The position numbers and the translations under genes were made by a program. A model generated the notes under the pieces. That model saw nothing but the letters and a program-made list of their open reading frames with translations, was not told the DNA's origin and did not search any database. Of a stretch of 64,000 bases of DNA, positions 50,634 to 60,035 are shown one piece after another; positions within the stretch are counted from its first letter, which is position 1; each line of letters opens with the position of its first letter. The stretch comes from Candidatus Poribacteria bacterium (GTDB lineage: Bacteria; Poribacteria; WGA-4E; WGA-3G), in contig OZ251518.1 in assembly GCA_965242965.1 (NCBI GenBank), forward strand, positions 256,001 through 320,000, in the 5' to 3' direction.

Positions 50634-51536
50634 ATGACGCAAAACGTTTTTCTTGGAGAACACGAACTTACCTTTCCGGGGCCGCACCTCGGCACGCTTC
50701 GGGATTGCAACAGCGTGCTTGAGTCCGCCGAGGGATTGCATGCACAAATCGCTGAGGATGGGTATCTACTCGTCCGCGGCCTGATTGATAGAGAAAAGGT
50801 TATCGCCGCGCGGCGCGCGATTTTGGAATACGCTGAAGGCAACGGAAAGGACAACGTCTTCAAACCCGGCACCGAGATGATGGAGGCAGTCGCGGGCGAA
50901 GGAAGTCCCGGCCGGACGATGGGCGCACCCGCTGTGACGCATCATCCTGATGTGCAAGCCGTCTTGGAAGGCGATGAACTGTTCCGATTTTTCCGCAATT
51001 TTTTTGGCGGCGAGACGCGCACTTTTGATTACAAGTGGCTGCGGTTTATTCGGCCTACCGTCTGGTCTGGCCCGCATTTCGATGTCGTCTATATGGGGCG
51101 CGGTTCCAAGCAGTTGCATACCTGCTGGGTGCCGTTCGGCGATGTGCCTGCGACGATGGGGACGCTCGCTGTCTTGGAGGGTTCGCATAACCTGCCGAGT
51201 TTCGCACGGATACGCGAGACATACGGGAAAACCGATGTCGATAAGGACGGGACACCGGGGCATTTCGGGCGCGACCCGCTGGAAATTAGCGATACTTACG
51301 GCGGCGCGTGGAAAACGGCGGATTTCGAGATGGGCGATGTCATCGTCTTCACGATGCACACGATGCACACCTCAACGAAGAATCTGTCGGATAGATGGCG
51401 CATTAGTTGCGATATCCGCTTCCAACCGGCGGCAGACCCGATTGATGAACGGTGGGTAGGTAAAAACCCGATTTCGCATACGGGCAGCCAGAAGATTTCG
51501 TTTGAGGAAGCGAAGAAGCAGTGGGGGCTCGCGTAG
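50634..51536 (+). CDS. PhyH family dioxygenase
   Basis: EDGYLLVRG, PHFDVVYMGRGS, TCWVPFGD, GDVIVF...H.S and SCDIRFQ; ATG 50634 after AGGAGG. Confidence 0.85.
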   Translation: MTQNVFLGEHELTFPGPHLGTLRDCNSVLESAEGLHAQIAEDGYLLVRGLIDREKVIAARRAILEYAEGNGKDNVFKPGTEMMEAVAGEGSPGRTMGAPAVTHHPDVQAVLEGDELFRFFRNFFGGETRTFDYKWLRFIRPTVWSGPHFDVVYMGRGSKQLHTCWVPFGDVPATMGTLAVLEGSHNLPSFARIRETYGKTDVDKDGTPGHFGRDPLEISDTYGGAWKTADFEMGDVIVFTMHTMHTSTKNLSDRWRISCDIRFQPAADPIDERWVGKNPISHTGSQKISFEEAKKQWGLA

Positions 51537-51564
51537 GATAAGGGATTGTCCTTCGCTGTTCACG

Positions 51565-51745
51565 TTCGCGGGGGACAGGGCCGAGCAGGTCAGGATCAGG
51601 CGATCCTGAACTACAGACTCGCCAGCGTCCGCGCACTTCAACGTTCGCGGGGGACAGGCCCCCGCGCTACGGGCCAGGAACGCCAAACTCACAGGGGACA
51701 GGCCCCCGCGCTACGTTCTGGAAAACGCCAAACTCGCTACGGGCC
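51565..51745. repeat. REP cluster between convergent genes
   Basis: GGGGACAGGCCCCCGCGCTACG...AACGCCAAACTC repeated. Confidence 0.75.
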
Positions 51746-53053
51746 GGGGGTTAGCAATGCCGCCGCAATCGCCGCGAACATTTCCTCCACTTCGGTTACC
51801 TCAATGCACGAATACGCAATCCGCAACTCTGATTCACCGAGTGCGATGGTGCCGATGCCGTGCTCGGTGAGGAGGCGTTGACGGACAGTTTCGGCGTTCC
51901 CTTTTTTCAGGCGCAGGCACGTGAAATAACCGGCGTGACTCGGATAGACCTGCCATAATTCGGCATATCGCGCATCGGAGGCAACCTGTTTGACTTTCAT
52001 CGCGCGTGCCTTGAGGGTTTCAAAGTTGCGCCGCTTTTGTTCGGCGTAATCTGGCGCGTTCATCGCTGCAAGAATAAGTGTCTGCGCGATTTGTGCTGCG
52101 CCGGAAGTATTCGCCCGGATAAGCCCGCTGATTTTTTGTTCAAGCGGTTGCATTACGGCATCGTCCAGCGCGAACGTGAGAAACCCGATGCGCATGCCCC
52201 AGGCGTATTCCTCTTTCGTCGCGCCATCTATTTTCACGGGGACGACGTTCGGATGGCATCCTGCCAACATGCCGAAAAGTGATTCGTGCATCACGTCATC
52301 GTCATACCAGAAGCCCGCGTAGGCATCGTCAAGCATGACGAGGAGGTGGTTATCGGCATCTGCACATTCTGCACATTCGACAATTGCGTTGACAATTTCC
52401 TGCGCTTCGGCGCGCGTGATGGCGTAACCGGTGGGGTTATGCGGAAAATTGAGAAGGACGAGCGTCTTTCCAGCCGAATGTGCGCGCGTTGTGAGCGCGC
52501 CAACCTTGATAAGTGTCTCGCGGAAACCGTCGGTGTTAAAACGGTATTCGGCATCGTAGAAGGGATAAGTCATAACCTGCGCCTGCGCTTTGGTTTCAAA
52601 GATGAGCCGATAGTTGCCCCAGATTTTGTCGGGCAGCACTAGCGTATCACCACTATTGACGAAGAGCTCGGCGAGGAGACTGAGTCCGTGCGTCATGCCG
52701 TTCGTCACGATGGGTGAACTGAACGTCGCTTGGGCAAGCGATGGGTTTGTTTCGCGGAGGTGTGTCTTCCATTTCTGACGTAGTGCGGGTTGTCCAAGCA
52801 CGGGCGCGTAGCCGTAGACATTTTCCAGCGATGGGTTCGGCACGAGGGTGCGTGAGACAGGGAGGTGCATCATTTCTCCGTTTTCTAGTGCGATGGCGCG
52901 CGTTGCATTAAACCGATGCGCTTGCGCGTTCGCCTCGGCTGTCTGGCTTAAGATGCCTTTCGGCAGGTAGATGCGTTTCCCTAATTCGGAGAGGAGCGCG
53001 AAAAGTGCGGGTGATGCCGCGCGGATGTGTTCGTTTAATTCGGTTGCTGGCAT
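51737..53053 (-). CDS. PLP-dependent aminotransferase class I/II
   Basis: PKGILSQTAEA, LNFPHNPTGY, LDDAY and KIDGATKEEYAWGMRIG (PLP lysine). Confidence 0.88.
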   Translation of the reverse strand: MPATELNEHIRAASPALFALLSELGKRIYLPKGILSQTAEANAQAHRFNATRAIALENGEMMHLPVSRTLVPNPSLENVYGYAPVLGQPALRQKWKTHLRETNPSLAQATFSSPIVTNGMTHGLSLLAELFVNSGDTLVLPDKIWGNYRLIFETKAQAQVMTYPFYDAEYRFNTDGFRETLIKVGALTTRAHSAGKTLVLLNFPHNPTGYAITRAEAQEIVNAIVECAECADADNHLLVMLDDAYAGFWYDDDVMHESLFGMLAGCHPNVVPVKIDGATKEEYAWGMRIGFLTFALDDAVMQPLEQKISGLIRANTSGAAQIAQTLILAAMNAPDYAEQKRRNFETLKARAMKVKQVASDARYAELWQVYPSHAGYFTCLRLKKGNAETVRQRLLTEHGIGTIALGESELRIAYSCIEVTEVEEMFAAIAAALLTPGP

Positions 53054-53150
53054 AGTTTTTTCTAACAGAGGAAAATAGTTGTTGAAATTGTGCCGCATAA
53101 TCAATTTAATGTCAACCAATTTCGCCAAAATACGTCTTAAAATATAAATA

Positions 53151-53429
53151 AGGGTGTTTCATAACTCCGTTTCGGTAACTATCCCCCCTTGGGAGGCGCG
53201 CATCGGGCCCATCTCTGTAGTTCGGGATCGCCTGATCCCGAACGGGTCAAGAGCAGGCGATCTTGACCTACAGGGGTGACGCGGTCTGCCAGCAAAACGA
53301 TGGCGAGGGAAACCCGCTCGCATGCGCGTGTGGCATGCGAGGGCCCTCGCCCTACGTAAAGGGGAGTCGTTTTTTTCACCGAGCGCGTGACCTGTCACCG
53401 CAACGTTGAGCGATTTATGAAACACCCTG
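53151..53429. mobile_element. TIR-bounded composite REP element flanked by a direct repeat (candidate TSD)
   Basis: AAAATATAAATA (53139-53150) | AGGGTGTTTCATAA ... TTATGAAACACCCTG | AAAATATAAATA (53430-53441). Confidence 0.8.
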
Positions 53430-53466
53430 AAAATATAAATAGACTACAAAAAGGACTCACATCAAA

Positions 53467-54597
53467 ATGAAAGCACTCCTCAAAAGCCTTGCAGTGGCGA
53501 TACTCTTTATCCTCGCGGTGGGCGCGATTCTCGGTGCCTATATCCTTCAGGCACCGCCGGTTGCGCGACCCGGGCCGCCGAAATTACAAATCCATACGCG
53601 GACTGCGTTACGCGGCAGACCGGATGTGAATTCCAAACCGCTCGCCTACACGAAAGATGTCTACCGACACAGTTTGGCACCGGATTACATCAGCAACTTG
53701 AACAGCGGGGAATTCTCGCCGAAACTGCTGTTCAGCGCGGATTTGGCGCGGCGCGCGCCGTTGGAAGCCGAACGGTTGGACGCAGAATTGCGAGACGGCA
53801 TTGATTGGGAGAAAATGTTCGCCGATTTGACAGAGAACGTTAGGTTCAATGCCCGTTCGTCTGATTTAAAGGTGTTGCTCAGCGGGAAAGAGTGGCATCT
53901 CTTCGATGGGGCTGGCGCGAGGTATAAGGTGGCCCGGGTCCAAAATCGGTTGCATATCTCTCTGCCGGACTTAAGAGAGGCGTTTGAGATTAATAAGGTG
54001 CAGCTCTCCGACAAAACCGAGGCATCTGTTGAAAAGCCGGGGAGACAGTGGATTATCCGCGACATCGGCTATCAGCAGGCGTATACCGTAAAACTTGGCG
54101 GGCAAAAAGGTGAGAAGAAACTGAATGTCTTCCAGCAATCGAAAGTCGAGATTCTCCACTCGCTGTTTGATGCGGATGTGACATCGCAGCCCGCGTTGAC
54201 ATCTGGGCTTCTGAAAGCATCTTCGCAACACTACATTTCGGCAGAACTCCGCGCCGAGTTTGTGGAACAGAACATCGCGCTGACGCGGAAGGCGAAACTA
54301 TCGGTAATTGAAGAAGATAGAGAGTGGCTGATAACCGATGCCGGCCAGAAGTATCGTATCCGTTTGGAAGACGCACCGCAAGATGGCGGAAAAACCTCAA
54401 GGTTGAAGGTATACCTTGACGTGGATAGCGAATGGCTTCGCGTGCGGGTTGATGATAACCTGAAAGGCTGGGTGCAACGGCGGCGCGGGACGGTATTCCA
54501 ACCGCCGCCACCGCAGTTGAGCTCACGTCAACAAGCAAAAGCACGACTTCTGGTGCTGATTGACGACTTAAAATTGAAAATAGGAATAGGAGAATAA
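53467..54597 (+). CDS. Membrane-anchored SH3b-domain protein interrupted by three copies of an unannotated domain
   Basis: N-terminal TM; TALRGRPDVNSKPL ... SKVEIL ... DSEWLRVRVDDNLKGWV SH3b pieces separated by W.[IL].D...Y...L.V[YF] repeats. Confidence 0.7.
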   Translation: MKALLKSLAVAILFILAVGAILGAYILQAPPVARPGPPKLQIHTRTALRGRPDVNSKPLAYTKDVYRHSLAPDYISNLNSGEFSPKLLFSADLARRAPLEAERLDAELRDGIDWEKMFADLTENVRFNARSSDLKVLLSGKEWHLFDGAGARYKVARVQNRLHISLPDLREAFEINKVQLSDKTEASVEKPGRQWIIRDIGYQQAYTVKLGGQKGEKKLNVFQQSKVEILHSLFDADVTSQPALTSGLLKASSQHYISAELRAEFVEQNIALTRKAKLSVIEEDREWLITDAGQKYRIRLEDAPQDGGKTSRLKVYLDVDSEWLRVRVDDNLKGWVQRRRGTVFQPPPPQLSSRQQAKARLLVLIDDLKLKIGIGE

Positions 54598-54642
54598 GCC
54601 ACGCCGATAGGGGCGCGTTAGCCGCTTAATGTCTATAAGACG

Positions 54643-55974
54643 ATGAAAATCCTTTTCCTCTCTCCCACTGTGCCGTTTCCGCTGACTGATGGTGGACGGA
54701 TTCGGGTGTTTAATCTCCTCAAACAGGTTTCCCAGAAATGCGAAGTAACTCTATTGGCATTGGAGACATTGCCTACCGATGCGGAGAGCATCGCGCATCT
54801 GGAACGCTTCGGGATTCAGGTGCATCTCGTCCGACACGGCGGAGAACTTCCACCGGTATCGCTTGGCACAATTCTGAGTGCGTTTCTCAGGCGAGTGCCT
54901 ATCACCGTCGCGCGCTATAACGTGCCTGCCTATCGACAGAAATTTAAAGAATTGGTGGCAACTGAAACCTTCGATCTGGTGCATTATGAAATGTTCCACG
55001 TCGCCCAATTCCACACTGAAACAGATTTGCCAAGCCTTCTTTCACAGCAGAACGTCGATTCTGCCATCTGGCGGCGGCTCTGTCAGGAGACAGCGAATCC
55101 TCTCCGGAAATGCCTGTATTGGACGCAGCAACGCGCTTTTGAACGTTATGAGCGGTTGATTAACCCAAAATTTGACATCGTCACCTGCGCTTCCGAGATA
55201 GACAAGCAGGCATTTCAACGGACAAGCGCGGAAAGCCGTTTTGAGATTATCCCTAATGGGGTGGATATTGAGGACTATCAACCGGATTCCACCCCCGTAG
55301 GCGAGACCTCCCGGTCTCTACTCCCCGTAGGAGAGACCTCTGGTCTCGATGCAATAGAACAAACCTCCGGTCTCAATGCAATAGACGAAACCTCCCGGTC
55401 TCAACACCCCGTAGGAGAGACCTCCCGGTCTCGATTTGACGCGCAAGAACCCCATCTCATCTACATCGGCAGCATGGATTGGTATCCCAACGAAGACGCG
55501 GTAACCTTTTTCGCCGACGAAGTCTTGCCGCGAATCCACGAGAAACTCCCGAACGTTCAATTTTCCGCCGTTGGCGGTAATCCATCGCCGCGCGTGCAAA
55601 AATTAGCGGAGAACCCACAGATTCAGGTTACTGGGCGCGTGCCGGAAATCAAACCGTATTTTGCACGGGCGACTGTGTTTGTCGTGCCGTTGCGCATCGG
55701 GAGCGGCACGCGATTGAAAATTCTTGAGGCATTGGCGATGGGCAAGGCTGTCGTTTCAACCACCGTCGGCGCGGAAGGGTTAGACCTGGGTATCGGGGAG
55801 GAAATTCTCATCGCCGATGAACCGAAAGCGTTTGCAGAAGCGGTGCTTCGTTTGCTCACCGATGTATCTCTGCGTCGCAGACTCGGTGAAAAGGGCCGCG
55901 CGCGCGTGGAACGAGATTACGATTGGCGCAGCATCGGAGAAAAACTGCTTAGGCTTTATGAGTCGCTTTGTTGA
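54643..55974 (+). CDS. Glycosyltransferase family 4 with an in-frame REP-derived insertion
   Basis: MKILFLSP.VPFP...GG.IR, IPNGVD, GSMDWYPN and PLRIGSGTRLKILEALAMG. Confidence 0.9.
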   Translation: MKILFLSPTVPFPLTDGGRIRVFNLLKQVSQKCEVTLLALETLPTDAESIAHLERFGIQVHLVRHGGELPPVSLGTILSAFLRRVPITVARYNVPAYRQKFKELVATETFDLVHYEMFHVAQFHTETDLPSLLSQQNVDSAIWRRLCQETANPLRKCLYWTQQRAFERYERLINPKFDIVTCASEIDKQAFQRTSAESRFEIIPNGVDIEDYQPDSTPVGETSRSLLPVGETSGLDAIEQTSGLNAIDETSRSQHPVGETSRSRFDAQEPHLIYIGSMDWYPNEDAVTFFADEVLPRIHEKLPNVQFSAVGGNPSPRVQKLAENPQIQVTGRVPEIKPYFARATVFVVPLRIGSGTRLKILEALAMGKAVVSTTVGAEGLDLGIGEEILIADEPKAFAEAVLRLLTDVSLRRRLGEKGRARVERDYDWRSIGEKLLRLYESLC

Positions 55975-55984
55975 TTTAGATTCC

Positions 55985-56325
55985 CCGGTAGGAGGGACAT
56001 CCTTGTCCCGATACCTCGGTAGGAGGGACATCCTTGTCCCGATGCAATAGGGCGGCGCGCCTACCGGGGTCGCGGCGGCAGAAGGTCCCCCTTCATCGTA
56101 GGGCGAGGGCCTGTCCCTCGCCATCGTCCGCGCGCCAGACCCTGTAGGTCAGGATCGCCTGATCCTGACCCGTTTGTGATCAGGCGATCACAAACTACAG
56201 AGGGAAACACACATCGGGACGATGACGCTCGCGGGGGACAGGCCCCCGCGCTACGGTAAAGTATCAAGCCCCTTTGTCTCTCCTACGGGAAGAAATCGAG
56301 ACCCGAGGTCTCTCCTACCGGTAGG
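55985..56325. repeat. Composite GTAG-REP cluster
   Basis: GGGACATCCTTGTCCC x2 plus other hairpin modules. Confidence 0.85.
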
Positions 56326-56334
56326 AAATTTCTC

Positions 56335-56363
56335 TTGCATTTCTATCTTGTTTTTGGTAGAAT
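56335..56363 (+). promoter_or_regulatory. Sigma70-type promoter
   Basis: TTGCAT-17 bp-TAGAAT (TG extended). Confidence 0.55.
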
Positions 56364-56398
56364 TATCCATCATCTTTAAAAAATAGGATGGAAACGAA

Positions 56399-57670
56399 AT
56401 GGCACTTCCAAAAATGACGCGGATACAGCAGCAGTTTGAGGCACCTGTCCTCACGGATATCCGCGCGACAATTCACGAGGAATTAGCACGGATTGACGCA
56501 TCCTCCATTGTGCGTCGCGGTGATACCGTGGCGATTACCGCCGGTAGCCGCGGCGTTGCGAACGTCGCCACCGCGGTGAAGGCGACAGCAGATTATCTCA
56601 AAACTATCGGCGCGCAACCTTTCGTTGTTCCCGCGATGGGGAGCCACGGCGGCGCAACTCCCGAGGGCCAACGAAGCGTGTTAGAACATTACGGCATCAC
56701 CGAAGAAACCGTTGGGGTGCCAGTGAAGGCGACAATGGATGTCGTGGAACTCGGTAAAACAGCACTCGGTTTACCCGTGTTTCTCGACCGGTTCGCCGCT
56801 GAGGCAGACCACGTGGTGCCGATTAACCGCATCAAAGCGCACACCGATTTCAACGGCTCAATTGAGAGTGGAGTGATGAAAATGATGGTGATCGGCCTTG
56901 GGAAACAGAAAGGCGCGAATCTCTATCACCGCGCCTTCTTTCAATACGGATTTGAAAACGTTATCACGGCTGTCGGCGGGTTTATGCTTGATACCGGGCG
57001 GATTGCTTTTGGCATCGGGCTCCTTGAAAACGCGCACGAGCAGACTGCGAAGGCGGTTGCGATGCCCGCGCGCCAACTCCTCCAGACCGAACGTCAGCTG
57101 CTCGTTGAGGCGAAATCGTTGATGGGCAGGCTTCCGTTCGATGAACTTGATTTGCTGATTATTGACTGGGTTGGCAAGAACATCAGCGGCACCGGTATGG
57201 ACACGAACGTCATCGGCAGAATGATGCAGAACTTTGAACCGGAACCGGCGAAACCGGCCATCTTGCGGATATTTGTCCGCGATTTGACAGAAGAGAGCGA
57301 TGGCAACGCGACCGGCATCGGCTTGGCGGATTTCACGACGACACGGCTCGTGAACCAGATCGACAGGCATGCAACCTACATGAACGGCATCACCGCGCTT
57401 GGCCCGCAGAAGTCGAAGATACCTTTCTACTACGACACTGACAAGGAAGCAATTTCGGTGGCACTGGATACCATTGGGCTTACCGCACCAGAAGACGCGC
57501 GCGTCATTCGGATTGAAAGCACGTTGAGGTTAACCGAGCTTGACATCTCCGAGGCTCTCCTTGAGGATGCGCAACTCCACACAAGCCTCAAGGTAATCAG
57601 TGAAACCAAGCCGTTCGATTTTGATGCCGCTGGCAACCTGATGCCGTTTTCCAAGGAGACACCGCATTGA
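56399..57670 (+). CDS. Lactate racemase-like (LarA/DUF2088 family) protein
   Basis: VAITAGSRG, PAMGSHGGAT.EGQ, NRIKAHT, IGLGKQKGA, GKNISGTGMDTNVIG and GNATGIGLAD. Confidence 0.78.
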   Translation: MALPKMTRIQQQFEAPVLTDIRATIHEELARIDASSIVRRGDTVAITAGSRGVANVATAVKATADYLKTIGAQPFVVPAMGSHGGATPEGQRSVLEHYGITEETVGVPVKATMDVVELGKTALGLPVFLDRFAAEADHVVPINRIKAHTDFNGSIESGVMKMMVIGLGKQKGANLYHRAFFQYGFENVITAVGGFMLDTGRIAFGIGLLENAHEQTAKAVAMPARQLLQTERQLLVEAKSLMGRLPFDELDLLIIDWVGKNISGTGMDTNVIGRMMQNFEPEPAKPAILRIFVRDLTEESDGNATGIGLADFTTTRLVNQIDRHATYMNGITALGPQKSKIPFYYDTDKEAISVALDTIGLTAPEDARVIRIESTLRLTELDISEALLEDAQLHTSLKVISETKPFDFDAAGNLMPFSKETPH

Positions 57671-58257
57671 AAAGATTGATTGTAGGTATCACTGGTGCGA
57701 GCGCGGTTATCTACGGCGTTCGCCTGCTAGAAGTGCTCACCAAGCAAACGGAAATTGAGGTGCATCTGACGATCTCCGCCTCCGGTGCGCGCGCTTTGTG
57801 GGAAGAACTTCAGATTGAGGTGGATATTGATAACTTTCGGCTGGACTCGCTGATTGGGATTTCGTCGGAGCGCGTCATTTATCACCATCAATCCGACATC
57901 GGTGCCGCCATCGCCAGCGGTTCTTTCCGCACGGAAGGGATGATTGTCGTGCCGTGTAGCATGGGGACTGTCGCTTCGATTGCATCGGGAATTTCGCGTA
58001 ATCTTATCCAGCGCGCCGCAGATGTGTGCATCAAGGAACGCCGCAAACTGGTAATTGTCCCGCGCGAAACGCCGCTGAGTGCCATCCATCTGGAGAATAT
58101 GCTGAAGTTGTCGCGCCTTGGAGTGTGTGTGCTGCCGGCGATGCCGGGGTTCTATCACTTCCCCAAAACCGTCGATGATCAGATTAATTTCGTGGTGACG
58201 AAAATCTTGGATCAGTTCGGCATGGATACCGGGTTGATTCAGCGATGGAAGGAGTAG
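57667..58257 (+). CDS. ubiX: Flavin prenyltransferase UbiX
   Basis: VGITGAS, IASGS, VPCSMGT, RAADVCIKERRKL, PRETP and PAMPGFY. Confidence 0.93.
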   Translation: MKRLIVGITGASAVIYGVRLLEVLTKQTEIEVHLTISASGARALWEELQIEVDIDNFRLDSLIGISSERVIYHHQSDIGAAIASGSFRTEGMIVVPCSMGTVASIASGISRNLIQRAADVCIKERRKLVIVPRETPLSAIHLENMLKLSRLGVCVLPAMPGFYHFPKTVDDQINFVVTKILDQFGMDTGLIQRWKE

Positions 58258-58329
58258 GTGTAGCAATTGCTGCTGACACGAATCTGAGCCAGATTTGCGG
58301 TTCAGTCCGGGAATGGAAATCTCACGAAA

Positions 58330-59178
58330 ATGCGCAAACTCAAAATTATCTTAGAGATGATTAAGTTTGAACATACCGTCTTCGCGCTGCCGTTTGCGGT
58401 GATGAGTGCCTTCATCGCCGCTGATGGGTTGCCATCGCTGGATAAACTGGGTTGGATTCTCGTTGCGATGGTGGGGGCTCGCAGTTGCGCGATGGCGTTC
58501 AACCGCCTTGCTGATGCTGATATCGACAGGGTTAACCCGCGGACTGCGGCGCGTGCAATTCCCGCCGGTCTCATCACGAAAGGGGCAGTGTGGGGCTTCA
58601 CCATTGTTTCTGCGGGACTCTTGGTGCTTGCCGCATGGCGACTCAATCCCCTCGCCTTAGCACTATCCCCGGTTGCCATTGCCGTGATTATGGGATATTC
58701 CTATACCAAACGTTTCACGGCGATGTCTCACTTTTGGTTAGGGCTTGCGCTCTCTATCTCACCTGTCGGTGCGTGGATTGCGATAAAAGGCAGATTTGAC
58801 TGGCCGCCGGTGGTGCTTTGTCTCGTTGTCTTGCTCTGGACAGCCGGATTTGACATCATCTACGCTTGTCAAGATGTCAACTTTGACAGGAAGCATGGTC
58901 TCCATTCGATACCGGCGCGGCTCGGTATCCGGTGGGCATTATGGCTTTCGTCTGCGTTGCATGTCGTCGCGGTGTTGCTCCTCCTCGGTATTCCTTTGCT
59001 CACTGAATTGGGCATCCTCTATTTCGTAGGGGTGGGGATTGTGATGATAATCTTTGTTTATGAACACGCCATCGTCAAGCCGAACGATTTGTCCCGTGTC
59101 AACCTCGCCTTTTTTACGCTAAACGGCATGATTAGTTTGGTTTTGATGGTGCTTTCTATCGCTGATATTTTGCTGTAG
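58330..59178 (+). CDS. UbiA-family (MqnP-like) aromatic prenyltransferase
   Basis: IKFEHTVFALPFA, AMAFNRLADADID..NPRT, YSYTKRF and GFDIIYACQD. Confidence 0.9.
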   Translation: MRKLKIILEMIKFEHTVFALPFAVMSAFIAADGLPSLDKLGWILVAMVGARSCAMAFNRLADADIDRVNPRTAARAIPAGLITKGAVWGFTIVSAGLLVLAAWRLNPLALALSPVAIAVIMGYSYTKRFTAMSHFWLGLALSISPVGAWIAIKGRFDWPPVVLCLVVLLWTAGFDIIYACQDVNFDRKHGLHSIPARLGIRWALWLSSALHVVAVLLLLGIPLLTELGILYFVGVGIVMIIFVYEHAIVKPNDLSRVNLAFFTLNGMISLVLMVLSIADILL

Positions 59179-59206
59179 AAACGATTTCTGGAGAAAAATT
59201 CTAACG

Positions 59207-60031
59207 ATGAAACTTTCACTTTCCGTCCGCGTCGCAGAAACCGCATCCAAAAAGGATGCAACCCATACCTTCAAGCAACTGACCGGATTGGCGGCAGAAC
59301 TGGGCTACGAAGCGGTTTGCATGCGGGCATCGCAAGTCGGTATCCAATCGCCTCTGGAGCAGATTACCGCCGCACGTAAACAGGCGCAATCCCATAACTT
59401 GCACATCTCCATGGTTACGGGCGATTTTGCCGTGCCTATCAATAATGACGAAGGACCCGACGGACTCCGCAACATCACGCCTTATCTCGATTTAACGGAG
59501 CTTCTCGGCGCAGACCTGATTCGCATCGCGATGAAGGTGGAAGCGGATATTCCGTGGGCGCAGCGCGCCGCCGATGAGGCAGCTGAACGCGGCATTCGTC
59601 TCGCGCATCAGTCGCATACGCAAAGCCTCTTTGAAACGGTGGCGGGTTCTATTGACGTGCTGAAACGCATCGGCAGAGCCAATTTCGGGATTATCTATGA
59701 ACCGGCGAACCTCGATTTGTGTGGACAAGATTACGGCGTTGAGACGCTCAAGCGGTTTTCACCGCATCTCTTCAACGTCTATCTTCAGAACCACATCCGC
59801 CGCCCGGAAGGGAAAACGCATCTCTTAACATGGATTCAGGGAGTTGTCCCGCACGACATGATTCCTTTGCAACAAGAAGGCGGCATCGATTTCCCGCTTG
59901 TCTTTCGTGGACTCGAGGCGATTGGTTACGATGGCTACGTCACGGTGCATCAGGCGTTCCGCGAGATAATGGAACCTGAAGACGCAGCGGCGCAGAGTTA
60001 TGCGTATCTCAAGCCGTTTTGCAAGGGGTGA
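59207..60031 (+). CDS. Sugar phosphate isomerase/epimerase (xylose isomerase-like TIM barrel)
   Basis: AAELGYEAV, ADEAAERGIRLA, NFGIIYEPANL and GIDF..V...L..IGYDGYVTV. Confidence 0.8.
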   Translation: MKLSLSVRVAETASKKDATHTFKQLTGLAAELGYEAVCMRASQVGIQSPLEQITAARKQAQSHNLHISMVTGDFAVPINNDEGPDGLRNITPYLDLTELLGADLIRIAMKVEADIPWAQRAADEAAERGIRLAHQSHTQSLFETVAGSIDVLKRIGRANFGIIYEPANLDLCGQDYGVETLKRFSPHLFNVYLQNHIRRPEGKTHLLTWIQGVVPHDMIPLQQEGGIDFPLVFRGLEAIGYDGYVTVHQAFREIMEPEDAAAQSYAYLKPFCKG

Positions 60032-60035
60032 TTCT

